64,000 nucleotides of DNA, taken from positions 96,001 through 160,000 of the forward strand of contig CAVUVW010000005.1 in NCBI GenBank assembly GCA_963745035.1. The letters run 5' to 3'. Below the pieces are notes generated by a model. That model had not been told where the DNA came from. It saw only the letters and a list, made by a program, of their open reading frames with translations, and searched no databases. The first letter of the stretch is position 1; each line of letters starts with the position of its first letter. The translations under genes were made by a program, and so were the position numbers. This DNA is from an uncultured delta proteobacterium. Its GTDB lineage: Bacteria; Desulfobacterota; Binatia; UBA9968. This document shows, in pieces, positions 49,525 to 59,917 of this stretch.

Positions 49525-50215
49525 ATGGCGATGACCGTTCCGCAAATGGACTCTTCCCGATGTGTTGGCGGTGTTTCCCTTGACCGGCGTGATGCTGCTG
49601 CCGGGCACGGTGCTGCCGCTGCATATCTTCGAGCCGCGTTATCGAGCGATGGTGGAAGACGCGCTCGAAGGTGGAAAAGTCTTCGGCATGATTCAGCCCT
49701 TCACGCCGCAGGACGACAATCGCGGCCCGCAACCCGGCGCGAATGTTAGTGCGCCGGATTTGTACAAAGTTGGCTGCGCCGGCTACATCGAAAAATGGGA
49801 GAAACTCCCGGATGGACGATTCTTTCTTCAGCTCAAGGGCGTCAATCGATTTCGCTTTAGCGAAGAGTTGGAACTCCAGCGCGGCTACCGGCGGGTGAAA
49901 GCGCTCTATCAAGATTTTCCCGATGCGGTTTTGCAGGAGAGCTGGCAGTGCGACCGCTCGGGCCTGTTGGAAGCTCTGGCAATCTACGGCAAGGCCAACG
50001 GCATGCAAGTCAAGCCGGAACAAGCGGAGAAATTCTCCGATCTCGAATTGATAAATTTACTCGCCGTATCGCTGCCGTTTCATCCGGCCGAAAAGCAGGC
50101 GCTGCTGGAAGCCGAAAAATTACAGGATCGAGAAAAGATACTGGTCGACTTGCTGCGCCTGGGAGCGGGGTCGATCGATGATGATTCCGAAACGCCGCCG
50201 CGCACGCTGAACTAG
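49525..50215 (+). CDS. LON peptidase substrate-binding (N-terminal) domain protein; probable 1-bp insertion near 49545
   Basis: VFPLTGVMLLPG..LPLHIFEPRY, VGCAG, DGRF...GVNRF, EKQALLEA. Confidence 0.88.
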
Positions 50216-50391
50216 CCGAGGCAAATTCTCGCGCTAACAAAACTCTATTAAATTTTTCTACCCGGTGCCGTGGCCAACCGGGTAAGGTTATCGCGGGGAC
50301 GCTCAGCTTGGTCTCTGAGTCAAGGGCGGATTAAAACCCGGGCCGTAAAAACGGCAGTCGCTTTCAGACAACCGGACTGCGTTACCGCTGC

Positions 50392-51183
50392 CTACCTCGA
50401 TGCCATTCTCCCACCTTCCACCGGCAGATCGGCGCCCGTGATGAATTCGGCCCACGCGGAGGCGAGAAAAAGCACCGGACCGACGTAGTCTTCGATTTCA
50501 CCGCTTCTTCCGAGCGGCGGCGTGGTAAGGGTTACACCGGCCGGGAGAGTTTGTGTGCTGTCATCCGCTTCGCCGCGGTATTGATTGACGCTCGTCAAGC
50601 GATTGGGTGTGAAGCCGGGGCTGACGGAGTTGACATTGATGCGATACTTGCCTAGCTCAACCGCCATCTGCCGCGTAAGACTGATGACGCCGCCTTTGGC
50701 GGCACTATAGGCCGACCCGCCAGGCAGTCCACGGTGGCCGGCGATGGAAGCGATGTTGACGATCTTGCCGCGGCCCGCCTTTTTTAGGACCGGCACGACA
50801 TGGCGCGAGCACATGTAGATGCCTTTGAGCCCGATGCCGAGAACAAAATCCCACTCCTTTGATTCGACTTCGGTAATTTCCTTGCCGGGATAGATTTGCA
50901 CGGCCGCAGCGTTGACCAAAATATCGATGGTGCCGAAGTGGCCCACGACGTCAGCGACCATCTTGGCGACTTGATCCTCTTGAGTGACGTCCACTCCAAC
51001 ACCGATTGCGGCAGCATTTTTTGCGCTTAGTTCAGCGGCCGCTTTGTCGGCTTTCTCGCGCACGAAGTCGCCGATGGCGACGCGCGCGCCCGAGTCGGCG
51101 AAGCCGTGGGCGAAAGCCGACCCCAGCACGCCGCCACCGCCGGTAATCAGCACGACTTTGCCGGTTAGTCCTAGTTCTCGCAT
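50392..51183 (-). CDS. SDR family oxidoreductase
   Basis: TGGGGVLG, VNAAA, NIASIAG, YSAAKGG, VNSVSPG. Confidence 0.95.
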   Translation of the reverse strand: MRELGLTGKVVLITGGGGVLGSAFAHGFADSGARVAIGDFVREKADKAAAELSAKNAAAIGVGVDVTQEDQVAKMVADVVGHFGTIDILVNAAAVQIYPGKEITEVESKEWDFVLGIGLKGIYMCSRHVVPVLKKAGRGKIVNIASIAGHRGLPGGSAYSAAKGGVISLTRQMAVELGKYRINVNSVSPGFTPNRLTSVNQYRGEADDSTQTLPAGVTLTTPPLGRSGEIEDYVGPVLFLASAWAEFITGADLPVEGGRMASR

Positions 51184-51306
51184 GAATCGTTTTCCCTCGG
51201 CGTCGGTAGCTTTGCGACCTCGCTCAGATTGATGAATTCATCGAGCCGGGGTTTTCCGTCTCCGCGTGAGATCAATGGCCAAAATGAGACGAGGCGCGGC
51301 GCGCGG

Positions 51307-52119
51307 CTAACTTTCCGAGATGTCGATGAGCACGCCGTCGGGATCGGCGATAAAATGTTGACCGAGGCAGCAGCGGCGAAAATCCTCTTCGTTCTTCTTG
51401 CCGTTGCCGCCGACGAACTGCCCGCTCGGCGGCGGGGGAGCCGTTTCGCTTAGCCCTGCGAGATCCGCTTTGGTCTTCTCGATATTTTCGATTTTGAAAC
51501 CGAAGTGGTCGAGCCCTTCACGCAGGCCGCGGTAGAGCTTGTTGTTTCGCGGCCGGATCAACAGTTTGACCTTGCCGTCGGTCATGCAGATGGAGCCATC
51601 GTCCTTGTAGGTCTCTGCTTCCTTGAGTTCGAATATCTTCTCGTAGAATTCCGCCACCTCCGATGGGTCGTTGGCGCGGAGCGCGATATGGTTGATCCAA
51701 CGCGGCTGTTCCCAGCCGCTCTCGTTGTAACCTTCGCGCACGTTGGCGATATGGGCCTGAGCGATATCGAACTGGGCGCCGGCGGGATCATAACTGCGCA
51801 GCCCCGCGAAAGGCACGTAGTCCAGACCTTTGGCGATCATGGTTTTGGGATAGTGCTGTTCCATGCGCCGCACGTATTCCTCGATATCATCGACTTCGAA
51901 GCCGAAATGATCGATACCGGACTGCATGCCGGCGTAACGGGACAAGATCGCCATACCGATAACCCCGTCGCTGATGTGGCCGCGCTCGGTATTCTGCTTG
52001 CCGGTTTCGTCGAGGGTGTTGCTGGTCATGCGCCGCATGCCGAACACGGTCTTGTAGAATTTATCCACGGCGGCGTGGTTGTGCGTGTACATGGCGATAT
52101 GACGGATCTTCGCGAGCAT
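51307..52119 (-). CDS. Two-domain VOC family protein
   Basis: IRHIAM, GIDHFGFEV, DPAG; INHIAL, GLDHFGFKI, DPDGVLIDIS. Confidence 0.9.
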   Translation of the reverse strand: MLAKIRHIAMYTHNHAAVDKFYKTVFGMRRMTSNTLDETGKQNTERGHISDGVIGMAILSRYAGMQSGIDHFGFEVDDIEEYVRRMEQHYPKTMIAKGLDYVPFAGLRSYDPAGAQFDIAQAHIANVREGYNESGWEQPRWINHIALRANDPSEVAEFYEKIFELKEAETYKDDGSICMTDGKVKLLIRPRNNKLYRGLREGLDHFGFKIENIEKTKADLAGLSETAPPPPSGQFVGGNGKKNEEDFRRCCLGQHFIADPDGVLIDISES

Positions 52120-52198
52120 GTTTGTGCCTCCAGAAGGTGACGGCGAAATTGATTTACTTGTAAGGCGGCGGCTGGAGAATTGTCAAGAAGGCAACGGT

Positions 52199-53011
52199 TT
52201 AGAAACTCGATGCTAGAAACTGCCTGATGATCCGATGCGCTTGATCGGGATTCGTCATTAAATAGTTGTGCGCTTCATTCTGTACCACTGCGAACCTGCC
52301 ATTCGGTAGGTCCTTGGCAAATGCCTCGGCGGCGATGCGGTGCGACGCGCCTGTTGCCGAGCCGTGGTCATGTTCGCCGACGATGACGAGGGTTGGATGT
52401 CGGATCTCGCAGATTCGCCGACTGAGGTCACACGCCTGCCGGGCGACAACGTGGCGCAGGTAGTCTTCCAAGCCCGGCAGATTATTCATGCGAAATTCTA
52501 GAAAGCGCTCCACTTTGTCGCGATGCTTGTCGATGTATTGCGGCGTCCAGCCGACTTCGAGAGTGTGCTCGCGCACGTATCTCTCATAGCCCCATTCGAC
52601 CATCTCCTTGCACATCTTGAATGGAATAGGAGGCGCCCCAGGCACTCCAGGGCCGACCGAAGCGACGATGATCCGCTTCACTTGTTCGGGATATTTGAGC
52701 GCCATCAGCAAGGCGACCCGCCCGCCCATCGAATGACCGAGAAGGATTGCCGGGCCGGCGTTTAGGTGACGTAGAATCGCGCCGGCATCGTCGACGAAGT
52801 CGTCGCAGGAGTATTGGACCGTGGGACGACTCGACTTTCCCGTGCCGCGATAATCGTGCGTGATGACCAGATGATCGCTGGAAAACTCCGGCACCTGAAA
52901 AGTTTCCCAGATATCGCCGGCGCATGCCGTCTCGCTGAAAAAGAGCAAGGGCGTGCCGCGGCCGTGAACCTCGTAATGAATTTCGACATTTTGGCTTCTG
53001 ACAAGCGGCAT
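52199..53011 (-). CDS. Alpha/beta hydrolase, paralogue of 27136-27987
   Basis: SETAC, DYRGTGKS, GHSMGG, KEMVEWGYERYVR, PTLVIVGEHD, EAH. Confidence 0.92.
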   Translation of the reverse strand: MPLVRSQNVEIHYEVHGRGTPLLFFSETACAGDIWETFQVPEFSSDHLVITHDYRGTGKSSRPTVQYSCDDFVDDAGAILRHLNAGPAILLGHSMGGRVALLMALKYPEQVKRIIVASVGPGVPGAPPIPFKMCKEMVEWGYERYVREHTLEVGWTPQYIDKHRDKVERFLEFRMNNLPGLEDYLRHVVARQACDLSRRICEIRHPTLVIVGEHDHGSATGASHRIAAEAFAKDLPNGRFAVVQNEAHNYLMTNPDQAHRIIRQFLASSF

Positions 53012-53124
53012 TTTGCTCTATCGGATTACTAAATTGAATTACGATACGCGGGCAGAAAAAACAATCTTGCTTTTACGAGTTGACAGTTGACTTTATTCCT
53101 TCGGCTATGAGAGTAAGCAGGTTC

Positions 53125-53766
53125 ATGCAGCGCACTCAGTTGATTATCGTTCGCCACGGTCAGACGGAATGGAATATTGCGGGGATTCGCCAGGGACATC
53201 TCGACAGTTGTTTGACTAGCAAGGGGCTTGCGCAGGCCAAGGCTTTGGCTCAGCGGCTGGCGCAAGAGCGGTTTAGCGCGCTTTACAGCAGCGATCTGGG
53301 CCGCGCCGTGCAAACGGCCATGGCGATCGCGGATCTCACCGGTCATGAGATCGTCACCGATGCGCGCCTGCGCGAGCGCCATCTGGGAATCTTTCAAGGG
53401 CTCAACGCCGGTCAAATATCCGAAAAATATCCGGAGGAGCGGCGGCTGCTGCGCACCGTTGGTCCGGATTACGTCATTCCGGGCGGCGAGAGCATGCGCC
53501 AGCAAGTCGAGCGCAACGTTTCCTATCTCAACGATCTCGCGTCCAAGCACGTTGGCGAAACGATCGTCGTCGTGACGCACGGCGGAGTGGTGAGTGGATT
53601 TTTCCGGCATACGTTGGCGATCCCGCTCGATGCGCCGCGGCGCTTCGAGTTCGTCAACGCCGGTATCAATGTTTTCTTCCGCGAGGATGAGAACTGGATG
53701 CTGCTGACCTGGGGAGATGTGAGTCATCTTGCGCCGGGCGCCGCGAGCGAAGGGGATGATCCGTAA
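53125..53766 (+). CDS. Histidine phosphatase (phosphoglycerate mutase) family protein
   Basis: RHGQTEWN, YSSDLGRA, RLRER, PGGES, VTHGG. Confidence 0.95.
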   Translation: MQRTQLIIVRHGQTEWNIAGIRQGHLDSCLTSKGLAQAKALAQRLAQERFSALYSSDLGRAVQTAMAIADLTGHEIVTDARLRERHLGIFQGLNAGQISEKYPEERRLLRTVGPDYVIPGGESMRQQVERNVSYLNDLASKHVGETIVVVTHGGVVSGFFRHTLAIPLDAPRRFEFVNAGINVFFREDENWMLLTWGDVSHLAPGAASEGDDP

Positions 53767-53887
53767 TGGCCGCTGAAAAAGGTCATCTGCTTCGTTGCGC
53801 TCGTCCGACTCACTACGACGTACTGGCCCGTACGCCTCCGTTCGTCGATCATCGCGCGCCTCGCATATAAGCCTTTTTGAGCGGCCA
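53767..53887. mobile_element. 121-bp MITE-like element with 16-bp terminal inverted repeats
   Basis: tggccgctgaaaaagg ... cctttttgagcggcca (1 mismatch); starts immediately after the TAA of the phosphatase gene; no coding capacity. Confidence 0.75.
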
Positions 53888-53911
53888 ATATTCAGACTTT
53901 CTCTAGGCACC

Positions 53912-55405
53912 TCAAATACCGGCAAGGTTCAGGCGTTCGCACTTCGCTCCGGAGCGTTTTTCCATCCGGATCGAGAACCCAGGCTGCTTGATGAACACCT
54001 GATTGGATTCTTTGCGCTTCGCGAGCTGCTCGATGATCTTGACGAGCGGCCGAGTTGCGTCGAGATAGTCGCGCGGCTTGCCGCCGTTGGGGAGAGCATT
54101 CACGTAATCCTCCCCGGCGAAATAATGCAGGATCAAATCTTCGTCGGAGAGATGGACGCCGTATTTCTGCCGGAGGTCGTGAAGAGTCGGCTCGGGCTGC
54201 TCCCAGTGCGTCCATTCCTTAGCGCGCGGGCGATTCAAGATCTTGTCCTTCACGTCCGGGTCCATCACCTCGACCGCTTCTTTTCCCCAAATGCCGAGCG
54301 CGTACTGGATCACTTGATCGGGAACTTCCTTGTAGCGCTCGCCGACGATCACGTTGATGGCGGCCTGGGTGCCGACGTACTGGGAGAGCGGGGTTACCAT
54401 AATCGGGTAGCCAAACTCTTTGCGCACAAGCGCGGACTCTTCCAGCGCCGCCTCCATCTTGTGCTCCATGCCGACGATCTTCAGTTGATGGCGCATGTTC
54501 GAAATCATGCCGCCGGGCACTTGGTGGCCGTATTGAGACTGATCGTACTCGACGGGTTTGCCGATAGGCAGTCCGTCTTTTTTGGCGACGTAGGTGAAAT
54601 GTTTTTCCACGGCTTCGAGCGGCTTGAGATCGATGCACGGCGTGTACCCGAGCGCCTTCAAGTTGCTCGCGATGTTGAAGATCGAAGGCTGGCCGGAGCC
54701 GTTGGCCAGGGGCGGGGTGGCCGTATGCAGGACGCGCATGCCGAGCTTCACTCCTTCGAGATAGCACAACGGCGCTTGGCCGCTGTTGCAGTGGGCGTGA
54801 AACTCGACCGGAATATTCCCGGCGGCCTTCAAGACAACCGGGATCAATGTGCGCGCGCGCTCGGGGCTGAGCAGGCCGCCGACGTCTTTGAAACAAATCC
54901 GCCAGGGATTGGCCGCCGCGGCTTCGGCGGCTTTCCGCGCATAGTATTCGTCGGTGTGGCGCGGCGAAACGGAGTAAATCAGATTCGCGACCGTGTCCAT
55001 GCCGACTTTTTTGAGATCGGCGATTTCTTCTTTGAATGCGGTGTAGTCGTTCCAGCAATTGGAAGTTCTCGTCAAGGTCAATCCGTAGGAGACCAGCCGC
55101 TCGATAAACAGCTTGAGCAGGGCGTGCGGAGTTTTCTCGAAGGCGCTGTGCATGCCGCCGTGGTAGCGCAGCCGGGTTTTCTTGATCCGCTTGGTGCCTT
55201 CCTTCAGCCAATACCAGGGATTTTCTTTGTGCTCGCGCACGTACTTCTTGAACATGACGCTCAAGAAAAACTCCATGGACTCATAGCCGGCCTGGTCCAT
55301 ATGCTCGGCCGCCGGCAGCATGGCGCCGACCCGCATGTTCAAAGCCCAGAGACTTTGATTGCCGTCGCGCACCGTGGTGTCGATAAAGCGAACTTCGTTG
55401 GTCAT
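53912..55405 (-). CDS. Pyruvate/oxaloacetate carboxyltransferase (PycB/OadA-like) lacking the biotin-carrier domain
   Basis: [50 protein letters not shown]; no AMKM motif. Confidence 0.9.
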   Translation of the reverse strand: MTNEVRFIDTTVRDGNQSLWALNMRVGAMLPAAEHMDQAGYESMEFFLSVMFKKYVREHKENPWYWLKEGTKRIKKTRLRYHGGMHSAFEKTPHALLKLFIERLVSYGLTLTRTSNCWNDYTAFKEEIADLKKVGMDTVANLIYSVSPRHTDEYYARKAAEAAAANPWRICFKDVGGLLSPERARTLIPVVLKAAGNIPVEFHAHCNSGQAPLCYLEGVKLGMRVLHTATPPLANGSGQPSIFNIASNLKALGYTPCIDLKPLEAVEKHFTYVAKKDGLPIGKPVEYDQSQYGHQVPGGMISNMRHQLKIVGMEHKMEAALEESALVRKEFGYPIMVTPLSQYVGTQAAINVIVGERYKEVPDQVIQYALGIWGKEAVEVMDPDVKDKILNRPRAKEWTHWEQPEPTLHDLRQKYGVHLSDEDLILHYFAGEDYVNALPNGGKPRDYLDATRPLVKIIEQLAKRKESNQVFIKQPGFSIRMEKRSGAKCERLNLAGI

Positions 55406-55422
55406 CCATCCTCCGAACGGAC

Positions 55423-55463
55423 CCGTTCCAAGCGTTCCAGCCGTTCAAAACGTTCCAGTCGTT
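55423..55463. repeat. 9-bp CGTTC(C/A)A tandem repeat
   Basis: ccgttccaagcgttccagccgttcaaaacgttccagtcgtt. Confidence 0.7.
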
Positions 55464-55554
55464 GATTCGGAACGGGAAAATGCGGTTGCCGCTTACTTTC
55501 CCGATCATTATCTGTATAAATTCCCGCAGCGGAGATCAACGACGGAGGTTGCCC

Positions 55555-55974
55555 ATGAAAAGCTTTCGCAAAGAGTTGTGGTTCAATACGTCCAGTCGGG
55601 TCGCATTCGTCAATATTACCGGTCAGGTGCAGGACTCGATCGAGGAAAGCGGAGTCAAAGAGGGGATGGTTCTCGTCAATGCCATGCACATTACCGCCTC
55701 GGTTTTCATCAACGACGACGAATCCGGCTTGCATCATGACTATGGCGTCTGGCTCGAAAAACTGGCGCCGCACGAGCCGATCAAGCAGTATCGCCACAAC
55801 GATACCGGCGAGGACAACGCGGACGCGCATATGAAGCGGCAGGTGATGGGACGAGAAGTCGTTGTCGCGATCACGGAAGGCAAGTTGGACTTCGGTCCTT
55901 GGGAGCAGATTTTCTACGGCGAGTTCGACGGCCGTCGGCGCAAGCGGGTGCTGGTGAAGATTATCGGTGAGTAG
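55555..55974 (+). CDS. yjbQ: YjbQ (UPF0047) family protein
   Basis: [43 protein letters not shown]; GGAGG RBS. Confidence 0.92.
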   Translation: MKSFRKELWFNTSSRVAFVNITGQVQDSIEESGVKEGMVLVNAMHITASVFINDDESGLHHDYGVWLEKLAPHEPIKQYRHNDTGEDNADAHMKRQVMGREVVVAITEGKLDFGPWEQIFYGEFDGRRRKRVLVKIIGE

Positions 55975-56057
55975 TTTAGCGGTGGCCACGAACCGGCTGT
56001 GGTGCGGCGGCGCAATTACCCCTGTGCATTGACCCTCGCGCCGCTGGCCGGTATCGT

Positions 56058-57348
56058 TTGGCGGTGGAAAGGAAATTCAGCAAAACTTCGCATTCGCGTT
56101 CTAAACCCCGTGAGCGTCAAGCATTTCCATCATCCGCACGCGGCGAGTATGAAGCCTATTGTCCGCATTTTCCCAATTGCGTTGGCTGTCCTTTCATCAA
56201 AGTTCCGTATCCCGAACAGTTGCTGAGAAAACACGCGATCGTCGGCCGGGCCTTGGCGAATTACCCTTCACTTGCGAGCGCTGAAGTGTCGCCGGTGGTC
56301 GCGTCGCCGCAGCGCTTGGGATATCGGGCGCGGGTCAAGCTCGTGGCGCGGCGCAACCGCGATCAGGTCGCTCTGGGGCTCTACGTGCCGCACAGCCATC
56401 GAGTGATGGATATTTCTTCCTGTCCGGTTCATCCGGCGGCGGTCGAATCAAGTCGCGCAGTACCTCAAGAAAAAAGTTATCGAGCTGGGCATTGTTCCCT
56501 ACGACGAGCGCGACGACAGCGGCGACTTGCGCTATCTGGATTTTCGCTACAGCGCCGCGCGCCGCGAGCTCAGCCTAACCCTGGTGACGCGCCGCGCGGC
56601 ATTTCCCCAAGGCGCGCCGTTGGCGCGCTCGTTGATGCAGCGCTTCTCGTTTCTCACCGGAGTTATTCAGAACATCAATGAATCGCGCGGCAACGTGATT
56701 TGGGGCGCGAGTTACCGGACTCTCGCCGGGCGCGACACCTTGATGGAGCGGATCGGCGATTTGAAGCTGGTGTTTCCCCCGGGCGTGTTTTCCCAGGCTA
56801 ACCCTTTCACCGCGCGCAAGCTGTATGAGCACGTGCGCGAGCTGGCGGGCTTGCGGGGAGGAGAAACGGTTCTCGACCTGTATTGCGGCGTCGGTCCGAT
56901 CGCGCTCTATCTTGGCATGGATGCGCGCCAGGTCTGGGCGATCGACGACAGTGAAGAGGCAATTGCGACCGCCAAGCAGAATGCGCGGCGCAACGGACGC
57001 GGCAATTGCCGCTTCATCGCCGGCGATGTCGCAACTGCGGCGGCGGAGTTGCGCCGGAGCCTGGGCGCGGTGGATGTTATTGTTATTAACCCGCCGCGCA
57101 AAGGCGTAAGACTCGAAGCGATGAACGAGGTCGTCGCGCTCAGCGCGCCGAAGCTCATCTACGTTTCTTGCGAGCCGCGCAGCCTGGGGCGGGATCTCGA
57201 CCGACTGACCGCCGCCGGCTACCGAATCCTCCGCGTCCAGCCATTCGACATGTTCCCGCAGACAAAAGAAGTCGAGACGGTGGTCCTACTGCAAAAGCAT
57301 GAGGCTGCCGGCGCTTTGAAGGCGGCGGAGCGTTTGGACAATCCGTAA
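56058..57348 (+). CDS. rlmD: 23S rRNA m5U1939 methyltransferase RlmD-like (no TRAM domain); frameshift near 56440
   Basis: CPHFPNCVGC Fe-S motif, GYRARV, FSQAN, LDLYCGVG, NPPRKG, YVSCEP, DMFPQT. Confidence 0.85.
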
Positions 57349-57403
57349 GAACATTCAAGATTCGTTCGACCAGGAATTGAGTCATTTTTAAATCCTCGAC
57401 GAA

Positions 57404-58417
57404 TCAACTCAGCTCCAGCCCGACCACCTTCGCCGGATTCTTCGTGCACACCGTGTGCAGTTCGTCCTTGTTCAAGCCGAACGCTTCCATGTAGCCGCGC
57501 ACCAGGCGCATGGCTTCGACGGAGTCGGGAAACAGCGGCTCGCCGGCGTCACTGGAGAGCGTGAAATGCTCGGGCCCGACTTCGCGGATCGTGTTGTACA
57601 TGATCTGCGGATCGACGCCGAGGAGCGGGGAGAGTTCGTCCCACGTGAAGTTGAACAGAATGCCGACCGGCGCGAGTTCCTTCATCATTTCCGGCGATAC
57701 GTTCAGGAACGGGCTGTACGGATGATCGATGACGGCCCGCTTGAGTCCGACCTTGTCGACTTCTTCAGCGAGCTTGTAGATTTCCGAGTGGGTTGCGTGG
57801 CCGAAAAACAGCGCGACATTACGGTCGGCGCAGAGATGCACGATGTCGCGGATTTCGGGCTTTAACTTGCCGTTCTCGTCGAGATCGTAGTGGCCGAGCT
57901 GCATGGCCTCGTCCCACGGCAGCGGGCCGGTCCATCCAGGCGTGTTCCGACTTTGGACAAATCGTCCGTAGGTGCCGACCGTGCTCATGGTAATCACATG
58001 GGTAAACACCGGCAGCCAGACCGCCGCGATGCCGCGATCGATCATCGCGCTGACCGTTTTCGCCGAAATCGGCGCCATCTGCCGGCCGCAAACGTAACTA
58101 GACCAGCAGGTGATCGGCGCGACGCCTTCCTTCTCAGCCCAGCGATTGACGTCATCCTGCACGTCTTGCGTTGCCTTGACCGGGTCGTCGCCGGGAATGC
58201 TTTTAAAGAGCAGCCCCTTCATTTCCGCTAAAGATGCGCGTCGCGCCAAGTCATACGGGTCCTGCTGGCCTTCGTGAGTATGGCAATGGATGTCGATCGC
58301 GTCTTTAACCTTGATATGCGGCGGGTGAACGACGCCGGGCTTGTACTGTGTGCGCGCCGCGTACGAAGTGACGCAACGTTCGTGGGTCGGGGTGGAAACG
58401 ACATTGTTATTGGCCAT
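57404..58417 (-). CDS. DUF6282-like metallo-dependent hydrolase (TIM barrel)
   Basis: AIDIHCH, VWLP, FFGH, IDHP, LSSDAG; AAGGAG RBS. Confidence 0.75.
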   Translation of the reverse strand: MANNNVVSTPTHERCVTSYAARTQYKPGVVHPPHIKVKDAIDIHCHTHEGQQDPYDLARRASLAEMKGLLFKSIPGDDPVKATQDVQDDVNRWAEKEGVAPITCWSSYVCGRQMAPISAKTVSAMIDRGIAAVWLPVFTHVITMSTVGTYGRFVQSRNTPGWTGPLPWDEAMQLGHYDLDENGKLKPEIRDIVHLCADRNVALFFGHATHSEIYKLAEEVDKVGLKRAVIDHPYSPFLNVSPEMMKELAPVGILFNFTWDELSPLLGVDPQIMYNTIREVGPEHFTLSSDAGEPLFPDSVEAMRLVRGYMEAFGLNKDELHTVCTKNPAKVVGLELS

Positions 58418-58496
58418 GATTTCGTCTCCTTTGCTGATGACCAGGATGTTGCTACAGGAGCGGTGAGTTTGTCAAAGCGTTTAGAAAGGCGATGGG

Positions 58497-58528
58497 TTAG
58501 GCAATGAGCAATAGCAACAGGCAATAGC
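58497..58528. repeat. Degenerate GCAATAG-type heptamer tandem repeat
   Basis: taggcaatgagcaatagcaacaggcaatagc. Confidence 0.5.
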
Positions 58529-58645
58529 TTCGGAGGCGAAGAGGAGACGGAAATCCTGGGTGGTTTTTGGCGCGCTGTTGTTATAAGAACGGTTCGGTTG
58601 TTTAGCTATCGACAGGGGTTTCGTTTCAACACAGGGGACGCCTTG

Positions 58646-59666
58646 ATGAAGACAAACAGCTTCTACTCTTGCCAGTGGGCATTCTTCGTGGCGCTCGCGG
58701 CGATTTTGTTCCTGGCCGATTCCAGAGTCTTCGCGGCGGACAAGATCAACATGATCTACACCGCGCGCGTGATGTCTCAGGCATATCCCTGGTTCGCTCA
58801 GGAAGCTGGACTTTTCAAGAAATATGACCTCGATGTGCCGCTGGTTTTCGTCACGCCAGGGGCGCCGGCAGTAGCGGCGATTTTATCGGGCGACAGCGAG
58901 GTCGCCGTGATCGGCGCGGCGAGCATTACCCGGCCGGTCGTGCAGGGAAACAAAGACCCGGTCTTGATCGGTGGCATCAAGAGCCTGCTGACCCACAGCA
59001 TTCTCGCCAAGCCCGATATCAAACGGCCCGAGCAGCTCAAAGGCAAGCGCATCGGCGTCTCGCGCATCGGCAGCAATCCGCACTATTTCGCGGTGCAGGC
59101 GCTGCGCCATTACGGCATCGACTCGCGCGAAGTGAGTTACATCCAGGCCGGGGGCGCGCCGGAGACCTTGGCGGCTTTGGTTGCCCAAGGAATCGACGCC
59201 GCCGTGTTGACGGTGCCGACGGACGCTCAAGCTCTCAAACTCGGCTACCACTACGTCGTTTACGGCCCGGATCTCGGCATCGCCTACGCCGCGACAACGG
59301 TAACGACGCGGCGGTCGATCATCGCCAAGCGCGGTCCGGTTATCGGCCGCGTTTATGCGCGCCATGGCGGAGGCGGCGAAAATCATGCACACCGACAAAG
59401 AATATATGTACAAGGTCATGGCGAAGTATCTGCGCGTCGACGACCGCAAGTTGCTGGAAGCGAGCTATAACGTCGAGAGCAAAGCTTTGGAGCCCAGACT
59501 GGCGCTCAAACTCGCAGGCATCCAATCGACCCTCGACGAGATCGCGCCCACCGAACCGCGCGCCAAGACAGTCAAGCCGCAGGAGATGATCGACTCTCGC
59601 TATCTTGAGGAGATGGAAAAAAGCGGATTCTTTGAGCAGATCTGGGCGGGAAAGAAGCAGAGCTAA
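58646..59666 (+). CDS. NitT/TauT-type substrate-binding protein, frameshift near 59345
   Basis: GLFKKYDLDV, LKGKRIGVS, GIDAAVL; C-terminal EMEKSGFF is in ORF 59355-59666. Confidence 0.85.
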
Positions 59667-59785
59667 ATCCGAGATGGCGGGACTCGTCGCCCGCCGTTTA
59701 GGCAGGCCGTGTGCAACAAATGAGCATAGCTGTTTGATGTTGAGTTTTGGCGGTTGGATTAATGCCGATCGACGCGGAAATTCAA

Positions 59786-59801
59786 TGGCATAGGCATTGC
59801 T
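59786..59801 (+). promoter_or_regulatory. Putative sigma54 promoter
   Basis: TGGCAT-AGGCA-TTGCT, about 115 bp upstream of 59918. Confidence 0.6.
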
Positions 59802-59917
59802 GGGGCTGACGATAATAGTACAGCGCTGCGCTTGTAATGATTGCTTGTGCTTGCTAATTGCGGGTTTCGAACAAGTGTCTTAAATGTTAGCGCCGTAACC
59901 ACGGGAGGGGAGCTGTC

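Noticed and set aside
53795-55465. 556-aa plus-strand ORF, and similar long antisense ORFs (1878-2930, 25954-27027, 36416-37285)
   Set aside because: They are shadows of well-supported opposite-strand genes in GC-rich DNA and show no family motifs.
58566-58585. Sigma54 promoter before the SBP at 58646
   Set aside because: TGGCGC-N4-TTGT has the wrong spacing and lacks the -12 GC.
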